Positions 1 to 12,592 of a DNA stretch of 64,000 nucleotides are shown here, one piece after another; position 1 is the stretch's first letter; every line of letters starts with the position of its first letter. A model generated the notes under the pieces. That model was given only the letters and a program-made list of their open reading frames with translations, was not told the origin of the DNA and made no database searches. The DNA is taken from positions 25,296,001 to 25,360,000 of the forward strand of contig NC_088858.1 of the NCBI RefSeq assembly GCF_963853765.1, given 5' to 3'. A program made the translations under genes and the position numbers. This stretch comes from Magallana gigas. Taxonomy: Eukaryota.

Positions 1-369
1 CGTTCGTCGCGGAGCGCACCGTGGCTTTGAACATGCACACGCCGTAGAAGCGTAGTGAGGTCGCAGTGACAACGTCTTAAGGTCTCCAACAGCGCCACGA
101 CAGCTCCGTTCGCGCGCTCAAGGAACGCAGCTAATCGCAGTGTAGACGCAGTGCTAAGTCAATTGCGCTTGCACGGAGACCTTTCGGAGTCCGTTGGGAT
201 CTCACTGCGTCTCTATCGCGCTCTCACTATGCATCCACAGCGTTTTAACAAGTTGTTTTTCATTGGGCTGCGTTCACAAAGCGACCCCAAAGAGCTGTTG
301 CTGCGTTCATCGCGCTCTCATCACGTTTCTTCTGCGTTTATTAGCGTTTGTACCGCGCTCTCACGGCGT

Positions 370-1020
370 GAATTTAACTTGTTTTTACAATCAATATATC
401 AATTCGATAAAAGAAAGATGTAAATATAAACAATAAAATGATTTGGTGATTCATGCGGGATATGAAGGTAGCGATCATTGCAGAAAAAAATTTACATTAC
501 ACACTAACGCGGGTTCTTTTCAGGTCGTTTGCCATAGAAAACGTCAGTTGACATTTTTTTTAGTTGTGTATTGCAACTTTAAGGCAAAATTAGAAGACAT
601 TTCTAACCAGAAAAATTGGACTTTTCATCATTGTAGTGAATGAATGTATATGTATATATAATTTTTGCACAAAGGTGTCTATGATTATTGAAATATTGAG
701 AACCTTGGGACAGGGTTTAAATTATACACGTATGTACGGATTAACACTATAGTACACATAAAACTTTCAACGAAATTACTACTGCTAGTTATACGCGCAT
801 ATTAGGTCTTCGGTATAAAACCTGTTAAATGATGTGTACATGTCATCATTTAAATTGAATTGAGAAATATTGCGTCGAACGCATCGCCTTACCATGTATG
901 TAATATGACGTCATGATATTAGCGTCAGCGATGTGGAAAAGTGGGAATGTGAGTATGTTTGTTAAACAGACGAGTGTACGTTTCTTCGTATGATTAATTC
1001 AGAATCATGACTAGGCTATT
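370..1020 (+). repeat. Dispersed ~600-bp block, copy 1 (copy 2 at ~12020-12592)
   Basis: Shares long runs with 12020-12592, e.g. TATTGCGTCGAACGCATCGCCTTACCATGTATGTAATATGACGTCATG and GGTGATTCATGCGGG. Confidence 0.85.
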
Positions 1021-1490
1021 AAACAAGAGATCCAGGGGCCACATCGCTCACCTGAGCAACAATTGCCTTAATTCTGGTCAAATTAGCATTACAGTATCAA
1101 AATATCTTGACAACAAAGTACAGTAGATCTTGCCAACAAAATTTGAAAATCTGCCAATTTTTATCCACCTCTTTTTTGTTTGGTAAATACCAAGCCCCTT
1201 TTGTTGTTGTACCTGTAAGAAGATTTTTCTCTATTCCTATATACCCCCCATTTCGTGGCCCCAACTTTTCTTTAGGGAATCATGGTTTCATCAAACTTAA
1301 ATCTGCATAACCTGTGCTTTCACACCCAGTACTGAGTTTTGGACTGAAAACTTTCCCAGAATATTTTTAAAGATTTTCTTTATATATTCCTATGTAAAAA
1401 TTCAAACCGCCATCATGGCCCCGCCCTACCACTAGGGACTGTGATTTTGCAGACTGGAATTTACACTACCTGAGGATGTATCCTCTATAT
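1021..1490 (-). mobile_element. Truncated Helentron-type non-autonomous element carrying Cg170-like satellite monomers
   Basis: Terminus AACAAGAG...GGGCCACATCGCTCACCTGAG, plus about 1.5 monomers with AAGATTTTCTTTATATATTCCTATGTAAAAATT...GGCCCCGCCCTACC...TACACTACCTGAGGATG. Resemblance to the oyster Cg170 repeat is from memory. Confidence 0.7.
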
Positions 1491-1869
1491 TCTCCAAGAG
1501 CTCTCTTCCAGGAGAGATAGTTTCTGGCTTGTCTTTTGGAATCTTCATTTTTAGAGTCAAAGCAGAATCTTGTGGTCATCACTGGATCAACGTCGATGTG
1601 AGGTTTTGGGGGAACTTCATCTTGATCTTTTTTCTATGAGTCCTACTCATAGTTTGACAAGTATATACATGTATGTAAGGAAAGTGGAGATAAGTTTAAA
1701 AGCCTTTTTTAGAATTTTTTACTTAAACGTATAGAAATGTCTTAAGTTTGTAGTTCCGGTGTCATATAATATTTTGAATTCCGTGAAAAGTATTTATATT
1801 GTGTCTCGGGTTCAATATTTTATGGTCGTGACATATAAAACAATCATCCTCTGATTTTATTTTTTATTG

Positions 1870-2190
1870 GAGAAAGAGTTAAAAATTGTATGGCAATGTA
1901 ATTAATGAAGATATCGTATCAATCTGGTCAGTATTTTTATCTTCAATGTATAACAATTTTTTAAATGCTATGTTAGATACTGGCATTGTTTCAGTTAAAT
2001 TTTTACTGGGTATTGTTAAACCCTTATACAAAAACAAAGATGATCCTACATCAGCAGAGAATTACCGCCCAATACATTGTTAAGTTGCCTTAGAGATTGG
2101 AAATGTATGCCAATGAAGTTGATTTGATTACCGAAATTCATGCTGGTTTTAGAAAAAAGTTATTCTACAATAAATCACGTTCTTTCGGGC
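1870..2190 (+). mobile_element. Decayed LINE (CR1/L2-group) reverse transcriptase fragment
   Basis: GIVKPLYKNKDDPTSAENYRPI, followed by a degenerate AGFRK-x-YST motif typical of the N-terminal part of non-LTR RT. Confidence 0.8.
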
Positions 2191-2405
2191 TCTTTTTATA
2201 AAGCCTATCATCTTTGTGAACATGCACACATGTGTATGTATGTATGTATGGTGCTATATACAAATACTGTATCAGACCAAATGATTTCAAATTTCAAGAA
2301 ATTATGTCCTTAAGAAACATAGAAACACTCAAGAACTCTGTATTTTCATTTAAAAAATCAATGAAACTGTCTGCCCTCCATGATTCTTTGTTTCATGTTT
2401 GTATA

Positions 2406-3644
2406 GGTGTCTTCCCACTTAGCCAACATTTTGAAAAAATACAGGTAAAATACAGATAGATTTGTGTTGGCCAAGTGGGAATGGGGTGTAGGTGGAGAAC
2501 AAAAGAATTTAATTACAGGTAAGTTATAGTCTGTTTTCAGATGAAATTCAAGTAGGAGAAATAATAATGCTTCTGTCCCAGTACTTTATTTTATTTAATT
2601 AATTCAGACGAAAATGTTAATTTTTAAAAATGAATTGTTACATATTACCCTATAATTCATGCCCTTAATTTGGATACAAATATCATGGTTTGTCTATTTT
2701 CATCATAAATTGAGATACTAGTAATTATATAAGCTAACTTTGCTTAAACTTTGCATTGTAAAAATTTTGTAAATATAAGAATCACGTTTGAAATTTTAAT
2801 TTTAAATAATTAATATTAATTAATATTTAAATTAATTCCAATCTACAGAATATGAAATTAACAAAACACAAAAACGCTAGAGTAAAGTGCTTATATTTTT
2901 AATGGTGTATATTTCATATTTAATAAGATTCATTGTATGATGATCAACACATCATTAGTTATGAAGATAAAATCTTCCGGTGTCATTTTCTATAAAGTTG
3001 ACCTGCAACTGAATATTGGGCATTTTGATTTTTTTAGTCTTTCAACTAATAGTCCATAAACAATTAAGAACTCATAATTTTCAGGCTTTTGATTCTGTAA
3101 ATTAATGGCCATAATAATGCTTCTCAATTTCAATGTGTTTATTCTCTCAAACCATTAAAATACACATGAACATGAGATACAAAATTGTGTTATTTGCGTT
3201 AAATTGTAATGGGGTCTTATTAAATATGATATTATATTACAACATAGTAAAACGTGTTTCTAGTCTATTCTTTAAAAACTGCTGATCAGTCTTATTTATG
3301 TATATATATTATATACATCCAATTTCAACAGTTTAAAATTACTTACATAAACGTTTTAATCATGCAAGTGCCCGTATTGGTTTAAACATACAAAATGTTT
3401 AGGGCAGTGATCTTGCAGAAAATTGCTAATCTATATTTTTAAAAAAAATTGGTTATTTTTATTTATTAATTCTGATTATCATCTAAATGCTATTTTTTTC
3501 AACAAACTATTCTCAGGTGATTGATTACAAATACATAACATGTGAGAACAGACTATAGCCTCCTGATCACTCAGGTGTGAAAATCAAAATGTTGGCCAGG
3601 TGGAAATTGAGAATTTCAGAATGTTGGCTAAGTGGGAATAAACC
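2406..3644. mobile_element. 1.24-kb non-autonomous TIR DNA transposon with 8-bp TSD
   Basis: About 30-bp imperfect TIRs (GGTGTCTTCCCACTTAGCCAACATTTTGAAA / TTTCAGAATGTTGGCTAAGTGGGAATAAACC), flanked by TTTGTATA at 2398-2405 and 3645-3652. Confidence 0.75.
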
Positions 3645-4180
3645 TTTGTATATATGTATATATTGATGTTATCTACACTCTTTTACCTTTTTGTCTTCTT
3701 TTTTCCCTTTTTTTTTGTGTACACATCCTCATCTGATCGTTATTTTATTTGTTTGGGACAATTATGTTGTGTACCTTGTGTACCATCTTTGTGTGGTTTG
3801 AGAAAATAAATAAACTTAAAACTTGATTTTGATGTTGTAAAAAAAATTATGTTACAACACCATTTATGAAGCATTTACCAAAACAAAGGCAGTTTTTCTC
3901 TCTTATAATTTTTTAGACAGTGTTCATTAGTTGAATTTAAGTATCAGATTGATTACATGTACTTGATCCTATCTGAATTGTTTTACAGTTTGTTCAGTTT
4001 TGCTTCTTTTAAAATTCTTCATCTAAAAACAAAACTTTTTATATGCCTCAGCAATTCGTAAAACTTCATATACTAGTATTTACAAAAGTCTAATACACGT
4101 ATATTTTTACATTTCATCAACGCTGAATAATAAATAATAGAATTAGATACTAGTATATGACTATTTTCGTCAACAATTAA

Positions 4181-4493
4181 GGTGGTATGAGACAACTCGA
4201 TACAGTGACGTACATCCCATCGAAAAAATCTAGTACAATTTTATATAATTGTTTACCTCTAAAAGTGTCACCTAACAGCGTAGCGTAATGAGTGTGGGCG
4301 TTAGCTATGGAACATCTGTAAGTTATAACTTCGTATCCCGCTTGGCCTTTTGTAATTTTTTCCGTTTTCCAAAAATTTTTGAACCTATATTCGGGTCAAA
4401 TATTGTTGAATTGTAAAATTTTAAAACGGTGAAAGTCTTTTGATTATAATGATCTTTTATCCACATCAATATCGACAATTGTCTTGTACCACC
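4181..4493. mobile_element. Kolobok-like non-autonomous element
   Basis: TTAA|GGTGGTATGAGACAA ... TTGTCTTGTACCACC|GTAA: a 13/15 TIR match, GG..CC ends, and one intact plus one mutated TTAA. Confidence 0.55.
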
Positions 4494-4845
4494 GTAAGCT
4501 GTCGATCACTTGCATAACCACTGTATCAATCAACGTACGAGCATGCACAGAAATCCAAAAATCCAAAAGAAAAAAATTAGAGCGTTCGATTACTTGTATT
4601 GATTGATGGTTTGGTGGCTCTAGTACAAATATAAAGCTCGTATTTTTCAAAAGGAGAGAAAAAACCATACATACATAAATTCTGCTACATTACTTCAATT
4701 TAAACAATGCAGAATTTAGTTGTGTGGTTTTTAAGTGTTATTTAGGTATTTTTTCACGTTAAAAAACTTTTAAGCATATGTATGTTTTCTTAATCATAAC
4801 GTTAGAATATTTTAAATAAACAGCAGTTTACCGTAACTTTCACAA

Positions 4846-5410
4846 GTTGTTGAAATTAGTAGATCAGTTACAAATTACCTATCTAACCCTTGGAAGTAGT
4901 ACACCATCCTATATGGTTAACGGGGAAACAGGTTGTTTCTCTGTACGTATCAATGTATATACCAGAATGATTTCCTACTGGTCAAAGTTATTTACAAACA
5001 AAAAGCAAAATTGTATCTGTTTTATATAAGTTTTGGTCTTGCAATATCAAAGGGGAAATCTGTCAAACTCTTGGATTGCAGGTGTTAAAAATATTTTAGA
5101 TATGTGTGGTTTTTCAAATATTTGGTCTTAACAAAATATAGTGAATGTAAAGTGGATTTCTACAATTGAAAAACAAAGGTTACAAGACCAATATATCCAA
5201 AAATGGTCTAGTGAAATTAATGACTCGTCAAAAGGGCAAATTTTCAAGATATTTAAGAAAAATTTTAGTTATGAAAATTACATTAATATATTGCCACATA
5301 AGCTCAGAAAGGTTTTTATGAAATTTAGAACCTCAAATCACCATCATTCTCCCAGTGGAGACTGGGAGATGGTCAAATACTCCTTTAAACCAAAGAGTAT
5401 GTAAACAGTG
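4846..5410 (+). mobile_element. Decayed LINE ORF2 C-terminal fragment (L2/CR1-group)
   Basis: STPSYMVNGETG...RMISYWSKL and LQDQYIQKW...FSYENY...FMKFRTSNHH match the C-terminal region of invertebrate non-LTR ORF2. Frameshifted. Confidence 0.75.
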
Positions 5411-5412
5411 TA

Positions 5413-5604
5413 CACAGCAACCACTTCGAGTTATCAAGAGTGAAAAACTATGAAAATAATATGTATAACGGGACCAAGGTTTTACTTCGAGAGATCAAGA
5501 GTAAATTTGCTTAGTTATGTAGAGAAAAAAATCGGGACCGTGAGCTCCATTCGAGAGATCAAGAACTTCGAGAGATCGAAGTTCGAGCCATCGAGTGTCA
5601 CCTG
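5413..5604. mobile_element. Degenerate TA-flanked MITE with repeated TTCGAGA motifs
   Basis: Ends in TCGAGTGTCACCTG|TA and carries multiple TTCGAG(A) subterminal repeats. The left end is degenerate. Confidence 0.45.
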
Positions 5605-8234
5605 TATTACAAAAATATTAGTGGAAAATTAATTGACGGAAAGGTTGGGGGGGGGGGGGGGATACTACTGCACTTGTTTCTACAGGTTTAGCCAACTAGG
5701 ACCAACATTTTAATATTTACAATGCAGTTTTAACTATTATATACTTTTTAGTGACTGTAAGACTTTGTCTATTAATTTATATATTTAGATAAACTTTGTT
5801 GTTGGTAGATAGTTTTGTTTGTTTGTTTTGTTTTTTTTTGCTTGTTTTGTTTTTTGTTATGTTTTGTTCTTTGTTTTTTTATGTTTTTTGGTAACAAAAT
5901 ATATTTCTCAATACTAAGTAAAGGTTTAAAATAAATATTATGTAAAATGTATTTTTTTTATTTAAGAAATTTCAAAAACCCAAATTTTGGGTATTTTTGG
6001 ATATTTACCGTTGAAAATCAATAAGAATTTTACATTTAATGACTAACTCTACGAACCAGGAAAATTAAGGCTACTCAAGAATATTGACCCCCACGAATAA
6101 TAATGATTCCACAATATTGCAAGGATATGTATGCCAATCTCATTGGTTGTATTATCGTCCAATAAAAAGAAAGAGATTTCATTCATAGTTGACCAGTTCC
6201 TTGTGAATATAACAGCTGTTATGGCACGGACATGTAGCATTCTTAAGATATTAAGTAGAAAAACCTCACACGAAAAAAGAAATAGATGAATTACATGTAG
6301 TCTGAAAAAAGGATCCGTAAATTAAAAAAAATATATATGTACTGTATGTATATATGTATCACGCGTGTGTCACAACTATCAATCCCCTTTACTATTATAT
6401 TATGGGTTATTTTCTCCATATAAATGTATAATTATGAATTTTGGCATTTCACTGTTTTTTTATTCAATATGTATACCCGAGAGAGTTCCAAATTAAATTC
6501 ACTATATCTTATCTACCCTCATCACCTACCTCCTATGGGGTAAAAAAGTAACATTTACCCTCTCGAATGTACTCGCTGAACGAAAACTTCGTAGCGTGTA
6601 TAAGTTCAAATGCGGGCAGTCTAATCTACAGGTAACATTTTTGGAGCTCGCTATCCACAAACCGGCGTGCAAAAGATTGTTTAAATTCAATTCTTAGTTT
6701 TAACAATCTTACACAGACATAGCTGACCATAGTAAACAATAAATATTTAGTATTCTCTAATTTTGTATTTCTTTATTTTAACAAAAGTACTATAATATAC
6801 TACCTAAAAATTATTTACTATAAAATATAATTCGGAGGAAAATGTGAAAAGAAAGTTAATTCAGTGGAACATATATATAAATGGTTCGAGAAGGTGTTAA
6901 GTTTGTGGGTAATGGGTATACATCTTTAATAATTTGTTATATTATGATAATGATAAAATGTTTATTTTTTATCAGTTTTAATATTATTGTATAAAGTCCT
7001 GATATCTAACAGTGTGACGAACTTTTCTGCATGATCACTTGTTGTCCGACGATTGTCATGCTGCCCATCTGTTAATTTTTTATTTATATATTTTTACAAT
7101 ATCTACATCTCCTCTATAGAACCACTGAGCCAATTTCAACTGAACTCGGCACAATGAATGGCAAAATAGGCTGTCAAGTTAGTAAAATAAAATTCTTCCC
7201 CGGAATGAAACAGTAATATGGCGATAGCCAACTATTTTGAACATTTATCATATAATTTTATTTATGTTTATTGAAAATAGTAATAAACGCATCTACGTGT
7301 AATGGAAAAGAATATTATTAGTTTTAAAACAAATTCCATCGATTTGTATAACTATTTAATTCCTTCCTTTGTCCTGCCACAATGAAGGAATTAATGAGTA
7401 TTAAAGATACGAACTTATGTCGCCGAGTTCAACGCTCATGACCAAAATCATCCATGTAGATTTTCAAACAGTGATGGTTTTCACTTGGGAGGTGGTAAAC
7501 GAAAAACTGCAAGCAAAGCCAGTCTTAATAAAAACCCTACAGGCGGGTTTGTTGTTAACCACTGCTAATACCGCTCCTGTTTTGTGTATCGTGGAGGAGC
7601 GAAGATTAAGTAACAAAAGTTCATTGACACATCAAAAATTAATTAAACGCCTGCTAGTGTTCCACGGGAACTGAATAAATTGCACAATACTAATAGTTGA
7701 AAGAAGAACAAGCGTTTTGGGGGAAAAAAAATTAAATTTAAGAAAACAAAAAATAACCTTGATACTTTCACTTTTCAGAAAAACAGTGGCGATTCCCATT
7801 GGTCGCCAATTCTTCTCGCATAATGATATCAAACAAAACCGATCTATCAAAGAAAGGTGTGAATAACATGTAAGAGAGGAGAATGGAATTGTTTTTGCTG
7901 ACCAAAGTCCAATTCATCTTGAGCTCTGATAACTTTCCTCTACAAGTTGACTACAGCCACCCCCCCCCCACTTCATCTTCGCAAGCCAGTTGTGGACAGT
8001 TAACCCTTGGCTGGCAGAAAGCCCAATGCTAGCTATGCAACAGTGGGTTCTCAAACTTCTCAGACTTTTTCTACATGTATACATATCAGTGGTGTCAGAA
8101 GCAAATGAAAAGAGGGGGGCAAGACTTAATTAAGAGAAATCATCTTGACAAGCAAAAAAACGACCCCTCTAGCTCCCCGGTTCCGACACCTATGCATATA
8201 CGACGTCAGGACAGATAAGAAAAGATAACATATA

Positions 8235-8265
<31 letters not shown>

Positions 8266-8531
8266 AACACAAATATACGTGATTAAAATTGACAGTGTCT
8301 TCTGAAGAACACCAAAGATTTTTTCCTCATGGATTTGACGACTTTTGGATCTTTTATAATTTTTACCACATTAATAAATTTATTTATTGGTAAGTAGAAT
8401 TTATTTCGGAAAAAAATTATATAGATTTTTATTTGAATAAAACATTTTTGAAATTTGTTTTGCACTCTACGAGGCTGAAAACTTGGTTTCTTTTAGTATG
8501 ATATACATATTGCTTTTATGACTTGATGCAG

Positions 8532-10155
8532 ATTCACCAGTTCATGGCCTTTGGTTTAATTGCGGTCCAGGTGAACATCTTGTAGGAACCGGAAGCTATC
8601 CTGTAGCAAAATGTGAAAAATGTTCTGGTTTGTTTATTTCTATTTTCTTAATCACTTGGTTGAACGCCGCAGTAGCTATGTAGAAACGCCTCGGTCGCCG
8701 TGCGGACGCTTTGGCATAGTCACTTGTAAAAATTTTAAATAAAATTGTACAATTTTTTTCTGCGATCCTACGGCGATTCCAGGAATTTTAAATCGCCGTT
8801 ATCACTGTGTGCTAACTCAACTTTGTGTGACAGGGCCTAAAACTTTTTATCTTTGATACAGACTAAATATAAAGGTTAACAGTTAATGACGTTTGTGCTT
8901 CGTTAGTCGGTTTTAAATTTCATTTACATGTATCATTCAGGCTCCAGTAGTTATAGTGTTGGGGAATGGAGCCCCTGTAGCGCGTCTTGTGGGAACGGCT
9001 CACAATCCAGATCAATACATTCCGTATACGCATGCGGCGGCTCAAGTCATCGTACTGAATCGAGACCATGTAACACACACACGTGTCCAGGTAAAGCGAA
9101 CAATTAAAATTTTACAGACCAAAAAATAAATAAATATGAAATTCATTTCAAACTGAATTAATTAAAATACTACATGTATAACCAGCATGTAAAATTGATT
9201 GATAAATGATTAATTGTAAATATTTTATTTTGGCCTGGTCGCTTTTTGTTCATGAAAAGTAAATGGCGGTTGGAGTACCTGGGGTCAGTTCACGCCCTGT
9301 GACAAATCCTGTGGGGCTGGGATTCATGTTCGACTCAGGTCATGTGACCAACCTTCCCCATCGAGTGGTGGACTGCCGTGTTATGGAAATTCCCTAGAGA
9401 CTGCCTCATGTAACAGTCAACAATGTCCAAGTAAACAAAACTTATTCTTCAAAAATGAATTTTAAAGATGGATAAATAGATACATGTATGAGTAATGGAT
9501 ACTTACAAAATCAGTAAAAAGTCAGTAAAATATAATTATATAAAACGACGATGTTATGATATTTTAATTATTTTCTGTCTTCTGGTAAAATATACAAGTT
9601 TACAAGATGCACCCTCAGAATATGCCTCTTTTTAAGGAAAGGAACTATATATATAGTTAGCTACATTAAGGAATCAACTAATAATAAACTAATAAAAAAA
9701 TCAGCTAATCTTAGTGTTACATGTATCTTGCACAGTTAGTACTTGTTGAGCGAAAAAAAAGGGTAAATTAAAAAGATACGAATGTCAATGCTTCATATAT
9801 GTGATATGTGTAGAAACGTCTCATAGATTGTTTATGTATGCGTACAAGAAGTTGACAATATTTGACTCCTATATGCTGAGAAGTTTCGAAGTCGACAGAT
9901 GCGCAAAGCCGTAATGCAATATTTAATATAAATTTTTTTTTTCGCTGTGGGAAGCGGTGCGGATCACAAAACCTTGGCTAGAGAAGATGCTGTTGTTGTA
10001 TGATAGAAGACAGGTCAATCTTTTTGTTTAATTTATGGTTTTGTTTTTATGTAGTATTGGTAACAATCACTAACCCAACTGTATCTGTGACGTCAACCAG
10101 TTCTCCGTCAAGAAAGCACATTGGTACCAGATTAACTCCCAAAACACATGCATAA
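8532..10155 (+). CDS. Partial gene for a small Cys-rich protein with two thrombospondin type-1 (TSP1) repeats and an S/T-rich tail; 5' exon(s) not found
   Basis: Phase-1 exons: 8532-8627 (DSPVHGLWFNCGPGEHLVGTGSYPVAKCEKCS), 8941-9090 (YSVGEWSPCSASCGNGSQSRSI...ESRPCNTHTCP), 9260-9430 (VNGGWSTWGQFTPCDKSCGAGIHVRLRSCDQPSPSSGGLPCYGNSLETASCNSQQCP) and 10055-10155 (ILVTITNPTVSVTSTSSPSRKHIGTRLTPKTHA*), with AATAAA at 10167. The TSP1 calls are strong; the terminal exon is tentative. Confidence 0.75.
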
Positions 10156-10240
10156 TTCCAAAAGGTAATAAACTCTTCGACATCATCAAAATAATATAAA
10201 ACCTAAGCAAATATCATAATCAAACCCCGAATTTATATTT

Positions 10241-10390
10241 AAGGAATATGGAATCGTTCTATGAGTATTATGAGGTGATAATTTCGGTCGGGGCGTGCTT
10301 GATCAATAAAGCCCTAAGGGCTTTAGATAGATTTGACCACGCTCGGATCGAAACTATTATCTCATAATATTCAAAGAATGATTCCTTATT
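10241..10390. repeat. Palindromic (foldback) repeat, family also at 46365-46570
   Basis: Arms GGAATCGTTCTATGAGTATTATGAGGTGATAATTTCGGTCGGGGCGTG / CACGCTCGGATCGAAACTATTATCTCATAATATTCAAAGAATGATTCC; apex AAAGCCCTAAGGGCTTT. Confidence 0.8.
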
Positions 10391-11334
10391 ACTTATATTT
10401 ATATTATTTCCAATTTGTACACTTTAAAACAACATTATTTTAAAACTACTATTTTTTAATGTACCACGTGCTATGTATTACTACGCAGCGCAGCCAATAC
10501 CGTTTTCGGTTACACTATGAGACACGCCCATTAAATGTGTCACTCATGTTTTGTGAAGTTATTGGGCTTGGTTCGAATTTAAAAAGTTAGTAATGACGAA
10601 ATCTCGTGATGACTTCATGAATTGCATTTTTCGCATTATTTTGTAGATTGAATTGGCTTCCTCTGCTTTCAGACTCCAAAGATTATTGAACTATTTGAAG
10701 AATACCTCTTGAGAGCATTGTTTTAAATGCAAAATACACAGTGTTCTTTATGAGACGTACAATTATGTACAAATAAAATGTTAACAAATCTTATTTTGTT
10801 ACTCACTGACTGAGACAAAGGTTTAAAAATTTGTACTAATATTACACAAATTTTGTAAAACAAAATTATAACAGAAGCAACGACTGAGTAAATCATTTTT
10901 AACCGGGCTCTGCTGAAAGCAGAGTCTTGGCTGTAGGCAAGCAAGTCGCCAATGTAACTATGAATAGCACAACTTTAAAAGTAAACAAAAAAACAAACAG
11001 CGTCAAAGTAAAAGCTTCCGCTATACCAAATAGTTACAGAAAGAGCCACGATTTGTCAAAAGTGTTGGCTTTCTGTTTCTTTTTTTTTTATTTCGAGAGA
11101 ATTGTCTATCTTTTTTAGTTTTCTTATTAATTACGTGTTCTAAAAACAAGACTGCATTTTGGACACATTTAAAGCGCATGAATTTCCATGAACTACTTTG
11201 CTGCGCGTGGAAGAAATGGGGATTGAATATATAACGCTTGTTGCAAAATTCAAGGCAGCAACTGCTGAACATTTTTCTACTAGACAGACATATTTTTGTT
11301 TATAGCCGCTTATAAAATTTGAAATTAAATGCAT

Positions 11335-11335
<1 letters not shown>

Positions 11336-11396
<61 letters not shown>

Positions 11397-11398
11397 GA
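11336..11398. repeat. (GA)n microsatellite
   Basis: About 30 GA units with few interruptions. Confidence 0.95.
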
Positions 11399-11534
11399 GT
11401 TTCAGTCTTTACTACACATTATGCATAAAGACACACCAAAAGAGCCCGGCTTTCAGTACTTCAGTACTTTGATAATAAGGTTGTACCCATACAACAAAAC
11501 ATTGTTTATAAAGCGCAGTTTTTTCAGTTGACAA

Positions 11535-11720
11535 TGCACTCGCTACTCGCCACTGCAACCCGAGTTCGATCTCCGTGATCGACTGTGGTTGTTCACATGT
11601 ATGTGATAGGGTATGACGGTCTTATGTATTTTCTCCGGGTAATCCGGCTTCTATCCACATCAATGACCTGCCAACGAGAGATATTTATATAAGTTGTGAA
11701 TTTTTTTTATCAATCGTTGT
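11535..11720 (+). mobile_element. tRNA-derived SINE remnant (second copy at ~58345-58445)
   Basis: B-box-like GAGTTCGATC, then the TTTTCTCCGGGTAATCCGGCTTC core seen in mollusc SINEs, ending AAATAAA. Confidence 0.65.
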
Positions 11721-12019
11721 AAAATAAATGATATTCATTCCATTGCTCTGTGATTTATATTACTAATATTAAATTATATTTTCATCTTCTGTAGCGAGTA
11801 TGTTTCCCTCTATTTCTTACGGAAAAGTATAGTCAATCCCTAGCTCTATAGAAACAATCTACACGCCCCTTTTATCATTTGCATGGTCGAAACCTACAGC
11901 GATCTAAGAAAAATAACAGACTGCAGGAAATAATCATACTGATATTAGACTCAAAGTCCATTTGGCTGTTTCTTGAGCTGGCGTATAATATGTACCGATG
12001 TACAATAACAGTGATTTAG

Positions 12020-12592
12020 TAAATTTTACTTATTTTTACAATCAATTTATCAATTTTATAAAAGAAAAATGTAAATTAATATAAACAATAAAATGCTTTC
12101 TTTGGTGATTCATGCGGGTTATGAAGGTAATAGCGATCATTGCAGGAAAAAATTTACATAACCCGCTAACGCAGGTTCTTTTCATGCCGTTTGCCATAGA
12201 AAACCCCGGTTGACATTTTCATTTTTATGTTGTGTATTCAACTTAGAGCAAAGAAGGAGAAATTTCTAACCAGAAAAATTGGACTTCTTTTTTCATTGTA
12301 GTGAATGAACGTACATGTATATAATTTTGGCACAAAGGTGTCTATGATTATTGAAATATAACTAAAATTGGGGAATTGATAACCTTTGGACAGAGTTTCA
12401 TGTGATCATTAAAATTGAATTTTAAAAGAAATATTGCGTCGAACGCATCGCCTTACCATGTATGTAATATGACGTCATGGTATTAGCGTCAGCGATGCGG
12501 AAAAGTGGGAATGTGTCAATGTGAGTATGTTTGTTATACAGACGAGTGTATGTTTCTTTGTATGATGATTAATTCAGAATCATGACTATTAA
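12020..12592 (+). repeat. Dispersed ~600-bp block, copy 2
   Basis: Colinear with 370-1020. The GATTCATGCG arm also occurs at ~15130-15195 (reverse) and ~25545-25700. Confidence 0.85.

Noticed and set aside
151-436. Two overlapping ORFs in GC-rich sequence at the window start
   Set aside because: No domain similarity. The sequence looks like the interior of a CpG-rich repeat whose end lies outside the window.
1500-1650. Open minus-strand stretch (DQDEVPPKPHIDVDPVMTTRFCFDSK...)
   Set aside because: Short, with no recognisable family or splice context; possibly TE debris.
5645-5661. Long G-runs (also ~13254, ~59625, ~61888, ~62348) as functional G-quadruplexes
   Set aside because: Simple homopolymers are common in this kind of genome and error-prone in assemblies; nothing supports a function.
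7417-7990. Candidate first or signal-peptide exon for the TSP1 gene (ORF 7417-7674; ATG near 7883; also ATG near 6881)
   Set aside because: None combines a hydrophobic signal with a convincing phase-1 donor.
8660-8840. Harbinger-like MITE ending GTGTGACAGGGCC|TAA
   Set aside because: Only one terminus is visible, so the element cannot be delimited.
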